64,000 nucleotides of DNA from an uncultured virus (IMG/VR IMGVR_UViG_3300035181_001402) (Duplodnaviria > Heunggongvirae > Uroviricota > Caudoviricetes): positions 62,001 to 126,000 of IMG/VR virus record IMGVR_UViG_3300035181_001402. One strand, written 5' to 3'. The notes under the pieces were generated by a model. The model saw nothing but the letters and a program-made list of their open reading frames with translations. It searched no databases and was not told where the DNA came from. A program made the translations under genes and the position numbers. This document shows, piece after piece, positions 56,875 to 64,000 of this stretch (positions within the stretch are counted from its first letter, which is position 1; each line of letters starts with the position of its first letter).

Positions 56875-58044
56875 TTACACCGCGTTGAGATCAACCGAAG
56901 CTCGTTCGAGGAAGTCGAACGATGCACGCAGATCCCCAACACCGCCACGGAAGGCGAGAGCGTAGGGGGTCGGGCAGTCCCCAGCGGCATCCGTCAGTTT
57001 CTTGCTGACAGCGTGCCCGATCAGACCCTCCAGAATGATCATGGCGCCCACACCCCCATTTCGGATCTTCTGTGCGAGGTTGGATGACACCTTGTGCCCG
57101 CCGTTATCGGTGGGATACCATTCGGCCTCGATGTTGAAGCGTTCCCGAATCGTGCGGAGCTTCTCCTCTTTGACGATGCCCCCGATGATGACGAGCGGCT
57201 TGTTGTGAAGCCGGGCCCGAAGCGCGGGCCATTCTCCAGGGGTGACCGTCTTCGCGAGGATCACATCCTCTTCACCCTCGAAGGCAGCGAGCTTCTCCCT
57301 GTATTCGCGGGCAACCCTCTCCCAGTCATCGTGGTGGTCCTTCGAGAGCCCCCGGACGTAGTTGTGAGGGCAGTTGTCCCCACGGACCTTGGAGAGCAGG
57401 GGAATCGATCGCTCGACCTGCCAGAACAGATGATGGGTGGAAGGCAGCCGCACCATCATCTGTCGCACCTCCGCCGTGAGAGCCTGCACATAGGCTTGGA
57501 TCTGGACAGGGGGTTTCTTCCGGAGGTCCGACGTGGCGAAGTCCTCGATCTCGTCGAGAAGCCTCTGTGCGTTGTGCGCAAGAGGGTCCTCCTCGACGGC
57601 CGGATCTTCCTGCGGTGTGGCCTGGGGAGGCGCTGCAAGAACCTTGAGGATCAGCTCCCCAATCGTCGCAGGGGGAACCTCTACCACTTTGGTCTTGGCT
57701 TTGGCCGGGACAGCGGGAGGGAGGGTCGGAAGCTCTTGCGGAGGGGCTTTCAGCTCTTGCGGAGGAGCTTGATACGGGACAGCCCCGATCAACTCCAGAA
57801 GGCCTGTCAAGGCGTCGCGCAATTTGAGACGCTCCGCGTCGATCACAGAGGGCGCGGAAGTGGGGGCCTCCTGTTTGATGGCCGCGAGCATTGCAGCAAT
57901 GGTGCGTTGCTCCGCATCCTCTTTGTGAGCTACCTCGAAGGTAGTGAGTCGTTCTCGGAGACGCGCGACCATGTCGGAGATGGGACGCACCTCGGCTTGA
58001 ACGCTGAGAGCACAGGCATTGGACAGTATATTGGGAAGTCCCAT
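56875..58044 (-). CDS. Protein with C-terminal DUF2325-like domain (start uncertain)
   Basis: LVIIGG..IGHAVSKKLTDAA..PYALA..GG. Confidence 0.65.
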   Translation of the reverse strand: MGLPNILSNACALSVQAEVRPISDMVARLRERLTTFEVAHKEDAEQRTIAAMLAAIKQEAPTSAPSVIDAERLKLRDALTGLLELIGAVPYQAPPQELKAPPQELPTLPPAVPAKAKTKVVEVPPATIGELILKVLAAPPQATPQEDPAVEEDPLAHNAQRLLDEIEDFATSDLRKKPPVQIQAYVQALTAEVRQMMVRLPSTHHLFWQVERSIPLLSKVRGDNCPHNYVRGLSKDHHDDWERVAREYREKLAAFEGEEDVILAKTVTPGEWPALRARLHNKPLVIIGGIVKEEKLRTIRERFNIEAEWYPTDNGGHKVSSNLAQKIRNGGVGAMIILEGLIGHAVSKKLTDAAGDCPTPYALAFRGGVGDLRASFDFLERASVDLNAV

Positions 58045-58190
58045 GGTTTTCCGGGATACCCACAAGTGGGGTGTTCGACGTAGAGTGTGCGCAAAATCGA
58101 CCTCCGCTGAGGTCCTTCCCTCTCTACACCAAGGACGCAGGGTGTAAAGATTGGACGGAATCTCGGAGACAACGGAAAAGAAGGAACTAG

Positions 58191-58913
58191 ATGCGCCACA
58201 TTATTGCTACGCTTGCCCTGATCGCTGCGGGAGCCCTTGGAAGCGCGAGCTGCACGGTCATCGACGCGAACGACAAGCAAGACGTCTCGAACAAGATCAG
58301 CGCGATGCCCGCTGACGTTCAGCTTTCCTTGCGGATCATGGCCACCAAGATCAACGCCCAGAAGTGGCTCAGCCACAAGCCGACGAATGACCGTGTCGGA
58401 GAGCTGAAGTGCTTCTACGACATCGGCGATGGTGAAGGGTGGCAGCCCATCCTCACCAATGACACCGACCTCCTGGTCGACTTCATGCTTCAGTGTCTCA
58501 ACGGGGGCTTGAACAGGACGTACGTGTCCTGTGGTTTGACGTGGGGGAAGAGCCAGATCCCCCTCGCAAAGCAGGCGCTCAAGGAGCTGTTCACGACCAA
58601 CCCGATGCTCAAGGTCCTGGTGCCGGACGTGTCGACGGTCAAGTTCGACTGCCGGTACGAATGGGACTGGCGGTACGACCCGATCGGCGGAGAGGTGCCG
58701 CAAGAGTGCGTCGACCCGAAGGCCGTGAACAACGACGACATCATCAACGCGCTCGTCGTTAGCCCGCACCCGCCCCCGGGCTTCCCGACGGAAGAGCTGA
58801 TCCCTCTTCTCCCTTACCTGTGCCCGCTGGATGTCGGCCCGGGTTGGGGCTGCCCCAGCTCGCCCACGAACCCGGGTGGTGGGGTGGGTGCCTCGACGGG
58901 AGGTGGCGGGTGA
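58191..58913 (+). CDS. Lipoprotein
   Basis: MRHIIATLALIAAGALGSASC lipobox-like. Confidence 0.7.
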   Translation: MRHIIATLALIAAGALGSASCTVIDANDKQDVSNKISAMPADVQLSLRIMATKINAQKWLSHKPTNDRVGELKCFYDIGDGEGWQPILTNDTDLLVDFMLQCLNGGLNRTYVSCGLTWGKSQIPLAKQALKELFTTNPMLKVLVPDVSTVKFDCRYEWDWRYDPIGGEVPQECVDPKAVNNDDIINALVVSPHPPPGFPTEELIPLLPYLCPLDVGPGWGCPSSPTNPGGGVGASTGGGG

Positions 58914-59455
58914 AGTCCCTTCTCTGCGCTCTGGTGATGGCACTCGGGCTGGTTGTCTCGACCTCTGCGCAAGCGTCGGAAGAGTACAACACGCCGTGGG
59001 AAATCGGGGTTCACCTGGAATACGAGGTGATCGGGGCTCACCGGGCGACCGGCGGAGCCATGCCTCAAGTGTTCGTGCAACACTGGTGGTCCCTCATCGA
59101 CAAGACTCTGTTCGTGGCTGCCGGAGCAGACCTCGGCGTCTTCGGATTCGGTGCGGATTCTCACTGGATCGGAGTCTTGGGGGGTCCTACTGTTGCAGTG
59201 GCGCTTGCGCCCTGGGATAAGCCGGTGGCGATCGGCCTGAAGTTTGCGATGGACTTCGGAAGGATCCCGGTCTGCAATGCCTGGGATCTGTGCCTTCGCT
59301 ACGTGGGTGCTTTTCCGACCGGCGAATTTCGCTTGGTGTGGTTCCCCTCCGAAAACACGGGTTTCGGCGTGAATATCGCCGGAGAGTACGTGAACACCGT
59401 CGCCTGGGAAGGCGTGGGGATCCGGACTGGTGCCACGGGCGTCATCGCTTTCTGA
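58910..59455 (+). CDS. Putative small outer-membrane beta-barrel protein
   Basis: Signal peptide AQA-S; alternating beta strands; C-terminal Phe (GATGVIAF). Confidence 0.6.
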   Translation: MKSLLCALVMALGLVVSTSAQASEEYNTPWEIGVHLEYEVIGAHRATGGAMPQVFVQHWWSLIDKTLFVAAGADLGVFGFGADSHWIGVLGGPTVAVALAPWDKPVAIGLKFAMDFGRIPVCNAWDLCLRYVGAFPTGEFRLVWFPSENTGFGVNIAGEYVNTVAWEGVGIRTGATGVIAF

Positions 59456-59481
59456 ACCCACACGTCGGTGTATAGGACAGC

Positions 59482-59871
59482 ATGTCCGCCGACGACTTGG
59501 AAGAATACTGGGAGGTCCGTGTCCTCCCTCCCCGCCCTCCCGATATTCTCCAGCCCATCGAAACCTCCACAACTTCCGAGCCCCGCCCCAACATCTTCCG
59601 GGGGTCCGCCGCGGTCTACATGGAGTGCATCGACTCCAACCGCGAGAACATCGGACCCCGCCGACCCGTCAGCTTGACCCCTGTGCCAAACAGCGATGGT
59701 ACGCGCTGGCGATTCGACCCCGAGTATCACACCACCCAATCCGTCACCATTGCTCGAATCGAGATTTGGGACAGCCCTCTTGGGGGTCACATGCTCTACT
59801 TCTCCGACTTGGAGCCCATCGTTCTACACCCCGACGCAATCGTCTCCCTTCTACTGGACATCAAGCTCTGA
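59482..59871 (+). CDS. Hypothetical protein
   Basis: N-terminus DDLEEYW; IWDSPLGGHMLY. Confidence 0.7.
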   Translation: MSADDLEEYWEVRVLPPRPPDILQPIETSTTSEPRPNIFRGSAAVYMECIDSNRENIGPRRPVSLTPVPNSDGTRWRFDPEYHTTQSVTIARIEIWDSPLGGHMLYFSDLEPIVLHPDAIVSLLLDIKL

Positions 59872-59872
59872 C

Positions 59873-60151
59873 ATGCCTACCGACCGCCAAACCCTCGTCG
59901 CTGTTCTATCCCTACCCCCGGGCAAGCTCTCTCAGCGAGAGAAGACCATCTTCACGCAGTGGCTCGATACGCTCGACGCGGGAGTCATCGCCCTGACCAA
60001 GGGGCAGCGAAAGTGGGTCGACGACGTCTTCGTGAAGAACGAGCTGGACAAGGGAGAGAGGCCACCCCCGAAGCCGCTGAAGGGGCGCATCAAGAATGAG
60101 CAGCCCCTCGACAAGATGCCCAAGCCTCTCAAGCCTCCCGGACGAAAATGA
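59873..60151 (+). CDS. Hypothetical protein
   Basis: MPTDRQTL..LTKGQRKW. Confidence 0.65.
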   Translation: MPTDRQTLVAVLSLPPGKLSQREKTIFTQWLDTLDAGVIALTKGQRKWVDDVFVKNELDKGERPPPKPLKGRIKNEQPLDKMPKPLKPPGRK

Positions 60152-60360
60152 GCGCGGAGCACGACTTCGAGTCCAAGATCGTGGGGTATCGTAGAGCCCC
60201 TGAGCCCCAATGGGTTCAGGACATCGTACGCTGCTACGAACACTCCATCTGGGAGTACACCTGCAAAAACTGTGGGAAATCTTTCAGGATGGAGAGCGGT
60301 CAAATGAGCCTGCTCCTACTCATGCTGGACACTGAACTGGAGTGTCCTGGGGTGAAGTGA
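60148..60360 (+). CDS. Small zinc-finger-like protein
   Basis: H.F..CKNCG..C. Confidence 0.55.
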   Translation: MSAEHDFESKIVGYRRAPEPQWVQDIVRCYEHSIWEYTCKNCGKSFRMESGQMSLLLLMLDTELECPGVK

Positions 60361-60902
60361 TGGCGCGATGGGATCACGCTGACGAGGAGTTCTATGGTGA
60401 AGGGTCTGACGTCGAAGGGGACATCCGCCTCAACCTCGCCATGGTCGAGATGATTCGGACCGATCTCGGAGACAAGAAAGCAGCTTGGGCTCAAACCAGG
60501 CTGAATATCCCCGAGCTGGACTACTCCATGTGCTTCCGGACTGGGATGTGGCTGCGCTACGCCCAAGACCCCGTCACTCAAGTACGCCTGGAAATTCTCG
60601 ACGTCCGCTCAACAACCTGTCTCGTTTACTGCGTCGGATGGGATGAACCGTCGGAAAAAACGAAGGACACTCTCTGCCGATACAGAGTGTCTGAGCCCCC
60701 CACAGAACCACTGCCCTCCTGGGTGAAGCCCGGGGCTTGCTTTATCGATGATAATGCGAGATGGTGCATAAGAACACTTCGAGGAGGGATGTTTACTGCG
60801 ATGTCCGGTGAGTACTTCAATTACTGGACTGCTGAAGAACTTGCCCGTGGGGATGTGCGGCCCATCTTCACGGCGTGGGAACAGCTCGACGACTTGAAAT
60901 AA
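60360..60902 (+). CDS. Hypothetical protein with W-tag
   Basis: Ends FTAWEQLDDLK. Confidence 0.65.
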   Translation: MARWDHADEEFYGEGSDVEGDIRLNLAMVEMIRTDLGDKKAAWAQTRLNIPELDYSMCFRTGMWLRYAQDPVTQVRLEILDVRSTTCLVYCVGWDEPSEKTKDTLCRYRVSEPPTEPLPSWVKPGACFIDDNARWCIRTLRGGMFTAMSGEYFNYWTAEELARGDVRPIFTAWEQLDDLK

Positions 60903-60904
60903 CA

Positions 60905-61213
60905 ATGGCTACTCGTTTCTGCATACACTTCGCCGATGTCGACTGCTGTGATGTGCCGTGTTCACGGCAAGGCTGCGGACACGATTGCTCTTGGCATGAG
61001 TACGGGCTCTGCATCGGGACTGGTTGTATCTGCACAGAGTTCGACGGCACCCCCGTTATCAGAGACCTCCACGCCGAGGACCTGAGCTTCATCCTGGAGT
61101 TGAAGTCTGCAACCCCCGAGAAGCTCCGCGAGCTTCAGATCAACCTGCACTTTGGGGGTCCCGAGTGGCAACGCATCGCAGTTGAGCGAGAAGTCTCGAA
61201 AAGATTGGTGTAG
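60905..61213 (+). CDS. Cys-rich hypothetical protein
   Basis: CGH...H...C...C.C..F. Confidence 0.6.
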   Translation: MATRFCIHFADVDCCDVPCSRQGCGHDCSWHEYGLCIGTGCICTEFDGTPVIRDLHAEDLSFILELKSATPEKLRELQINLHFGGPEWQRIAVEREVSKRLV

Positions 61214-61222
61214 TCGCTCGGG

Positions 61223-61795
61223 ATGCTGACGAAGAAGATCCTGACGGCGACGAAGCACTACCTGAGCAAGACCCCTGAAGAGAACCGCGCCTATGGCTTG
61301 GTGACGGACGGGAAGATCAACCCTGGCACCTTCCGCTTCATGCCGGTGCTGGCGTGGATTCGCAAGAAGCCCGAGAGGACAATCCTGCTCCTCTCGGGCT
61401 TCTTGCTGCGCATGACGGAGGGTGCGTTCGTGGGCGGCCTCGACTGGTCCATCCCGTTGAACCAGGAGACCGAGGACGAAGCCGCGAACCTTCTCTCGGC
61501 CTTCGGCTGGGACAATCGAGTGTGGCCTTCAGACCCGGGCTGGCCCGACCTTCTGCCGGATGAGGAACACACGCTTCACGGGATGCTCAAGAAGAAGGGC
61601 ATCCTGGAGACGCTCACGTTCCCGCCGAAGGAATCGGGCAACAAGGTGATGACGGTTCATGTGCTGAAGGTGTCGAACCCCTTCCCGCTGCCGATCCTGG
61701 TTGCCGACGAAGACCGCCAAGAGGTGACCCCCGAGATGCGGGCGAAGCTCCGCGAGCTGGTCGCCGACCCGAGCTGCTTCGCGCTGTCCTCCTAG
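61223..61795 (+). CDS. Hypothetical protein
   Basis: GGTGTA 10 nt upstream; strong codon bias. Confidence 0.7.
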   Translation: MLTKKILTATKHYLSKTPEENRAYGLVTDGKINPGTFRFMPVLAWIRKKPERTILLLSGFLLRMTEGAFVGGLDWSIPLNQETEDEAANLLSAFGWDNRVWPSDPGWPDLLPDEEHTLHGMLKKKGILETLTFPPKESGNKVMTVHVLKVSNPFPLPILVADEDRQEVTPEMRAKLRELVADPSCFALSS

Positions 61796-62088
61796 TCGTC
61801 GGCGAGAATATGCCCCCAAGCGTTGTCGGGTTTACCTTTGGGCCCTCTCGTCCGAAGCAACCTGACAATGGGGAGGTCGGCCGCCGCAACCAGGGAATCA
61901 TACAGCCCCCTGGTTGCGATGGAGCATTGGTCGATGTGGTGTACAGGGTCGGAGATATCCCGCACCGTGATGAGCCACACGCCCTTCTTCTTCTGAATGT
62001 AGACCCCTGCCCGCCAGGTGCTCATAGCCTTCGTGATGGGGTCCTGGACTCCCGTGGCGACCTCGAAGGGCTCCGGCACCCGAGCCAT
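61792..62088 (-). CDS. Hypothetical protein with W-tag
   Basis: MARVPEPF...; ends DNAWGHILADD. Confidence 0.65.
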   Translation of the reverse strand: MARVPEPFEVATGVQDPITKAMSTWRAGVYIQKKKGVWLITVRDISDPVHHIDQCSIATRGLYDSLVAAADLPIVRLLRTRGPKGKPDNAWGHILADD

Positions 62089-62414
62089 AGGGTTCTCAGT
62101 CTCACGGTAGAGATGTCTCCCGAAGGGCCGGCGCGTATACTCCGTGCTGATCTGGTTCAAAGGGATTTGAGTCTCATAGCAGACGGTCTCCCCCGCGAAA
62201 GAACGCCTCCAGGCACGAGGGACACGATCTCTCTCCGGGTGATCATGTCTCCGGGGAACCTCCCGGGTCGCCATGTCACAAGGCCCGCGACCTGGGAGGT
62301 ATTCAGCGATCGGATGACCACATGGCCGGGGCACATGTCCCCCAAAATCAGGACCGGCTTCTGCATCATGTCGAGGATCATCTTGGGGATCTACACCGCG
62401 GTGTACTCTAGGGC

Positions 62415-63134
62415 ATGGGATCGACCCCCAAAAAGACCCCCGTGAAGTACCCCTCATGGTGGACCGAGAAAGCCGCACCACATCGAAACATGTTGATGGT
62501 GCGGTACGATTACGGACACTCCAAGGAGGACAGGTCTCTGTACGGATGTCTGGTCGTGGGGGACAACCAGAAGCTCCTCTGGCTCAGCAACGAGCAGATC
62601 CGAGAGGAATGGAAGCCCTTCCGCGCGCCCTACTCCGCAGTCATCCCTCTGGGGGTATGGCCGTCGTGGGTGACTCGACGAGATGTCCAATGGCACACTG
62701 CGCCGGACCATCCTCGGCGAATGACCATCGTCTCGTACAAGAACAAGAGCTTCTGGCTCGCAACCACCACAGTGGTCGAGCCCTTCGAGGGACCGCGATT
62801 CCAAGTCTACCGGGCAACGCAGAGCTTCAAGGTCGACCTTGAGGTCATTCAATCCGGAGACCAGCTCACCCTCGATAGGGATTACAACGTGTGGTACGTG
62901 CGTAAGAAGAGCATCGCACGTTATTGCAACAGGGAGATCACAGCCTTCCTTGGCATGCAGTACCTCACCCCCGTGATTCAACCGAACGGACACCCCTTCG
63001 ATTGGAGCATTCAGAGGTACACTACACGCTTCTGGAGTCTCCATACTTTCGCTCTCAATCACCGGCCTCTGATGCCCTCAAAACCGACATCTTGGGACGT
63101 TGTGATGGCCGACGAATTCGAGGAAATGGTGTAG
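62415..63134 (+). CDS. Hypothetical protein with W-tag
   Basis: Ends PTSWDVVMADEFEEMV. Confidence 0.7.
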   Translation: MGSTPKKTPVKYPSWWTEKAAPHRNMLMVRYDYGHSKEDRSLYGCLVVGDNQKLLWLSNEQIREEWKPFRAPYSAVIPLGVWPSWVTRRDVQWHTAPDHPRRMTIVSYKNKSFWLATTTVVEPFEGPRFQVYRATQSFKVDLEVIQSGDQLTLDRDYNVWYVRKKSIARYCNREITAFLGMQYLTPVIQPNGHPFDWSIQRYTTRFWSLHTFALNHRPLMPSKPTSWDVVMADEFEEMV

Positions 63135-63143
63135 GAACATCCC

Positions 63144-63689
63144 ATGGGAATCCTCGATCGTTTCGTGAGTCGCGTCTGTGAAAAAGTCTCCAAGTGGGCC
63201 CCTTCGTGGCGCATGATCACCCGCGGGGACAACGAGCCCTACCTGGAAAGGTACTACTTCTTCCGGCGTGCATGGGTTCGAGAATGGTTCAAGACTCACG
63301 GCTGGGCAACCCCGAGATTCGTCGCCAAGATCCCCTCGCTCTACCTTCACCACTTCGTGGCGGGGGATGATGAGGTCGAGTTGCACAACCATCCCTTCAA
63401 GAGGAGCCTTGCGTTCGTCTTGACCGGGGGTTATCACGAGGAACGCAAGGTGGGGAATGAGGTCCACAGCCGGATCATCCTGCCCTGGTCCTTCAACCTC
63501 ATCGACGCCAACACCTTCCACAAGGTGGAACTGCTCAACAAGGAACTGGGTGCTTGGACCATCTTCCTCTCGGGAGAGCGAACCCAGCGCTGGGGCTTCT
63601 GGCATCCGGAGACGTTCGAGTACGTCGATTGGGAGCAGCATGTGGACGCCCGCCCCAACCCCGACGCCCGGCTTCACCATGCCCCCTAG
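63144..63689 (+). CDS. Cupin-fold phage protein
   Basis: YLERYY, LYLHHF..DD..LHNHPF, GGYHEE, FHKVEL, WTIF..G..WGF. Confidence 0.75.
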   Translation: MGILDRFVSRVCEKVSKWAPSWRMITRGDNEPYLERYYFFRRAWVREWFKTHGWATPRFVAKIPSLYLHHFVAGDDEVELHNHPFKRSLAFVLTGGYHEERKVGNEVHSRIILPWSFNLIDANTFHKVELLNKELGAWTIFLSGERTQRWGFWHPETFEYVDWEQHVDARPNPDARLHHAP

Positions 63690-64000
63690 CATGTGGGCTG
63701 GAGGCCCGCCCTATCCTCATTGGGTGGTCATCAACCAACTCGTCGAAACCACGGGAAGACACGGCCAAAGGTACGAACGGTCAGTCATTACCAGGATCAC
63801 TGACGGGATGGTTTACGTTTGGTCTAATACCGAACGTGGTGAGACTTGGTATCGAGCAGAGCATTTCGTTCACGAATGGAGGGTTGTGCCCCCGGAGCAA
63901 CCCACGCGGGGAATTGGCTCTGTTTGGGCACACCACAGAACTGGGGAACGCGTCACAATCACGGAAATCTCACTGAACTATGTGAGTCACCGCAACGAGG

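Noticed and set aside
1..64000. tRNA/rRNA genes, integrase, transposase, capsid/terminase genes
   Set aside because: None recognised by eye; a tRNAscan/HMM run would be needed to exclude them formally.
63690..64000. ORF 63554..63976 and window-end sequence
   Set aside because: Overlaps the cupin gene and has no motif; any real gene here is likely truncated by the window edge and cannot be supported.

Overview
A GC-rich, gene-dense 64-kb segment that looks like the accessory/early region of a large (jumbo) bacteriophage. This is an inference: no capsid, terminase or tail hallmark gene is in the window. The host is probably myxobacterial (Polyangiales-like), judging by Ser/Gly-linker lipoproteins and a GT51 transglycosylase. 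Recognisable genes: two HExxH zincins, a type IB topoisomerase, Dam methylase, RNase HII, two HNH endonucleases, GT51 transglycosylase, two vWA proteins, dNMP kinase, an NrtR-NadV-vWA-Nudix-PurA-kinase cluster, a PG-binding endolysin-like protein, an SLT-like protein, AAA_33 kinase, ABC-type ATPase, 2H phosphoesterase and a MazG-like enzyme. About 70 further genes are small hypotheticals. Three unexplained patterns stand out. (1) About 20 unrelated proteins share a terminal peptide tag, [T/A/S]-W-x-x-(L/I)-(L/M)-x-D-D-(F/L/I); in two unrelated genes it is carried on a 46/50-identical DNA cassette, and a mirror-image N-terminal version also occurs. (2) There are 21 copies of a promoter-like GTTGATC-N16-TGTA element 8-12 nt before ATG, and its upstream box contains the Dam target GATC; a second class, GGTGTA-N9-13-ATG, occurs at least 22 times. 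(3) An RV(L/A)AR(F/Y) motif marks a separate set of proteins. Several genes are broken by 1-nt indels or short tandem duplications, which could be decay or sequencing error. No rRNA, tRNA or CRISPR array was recognised.
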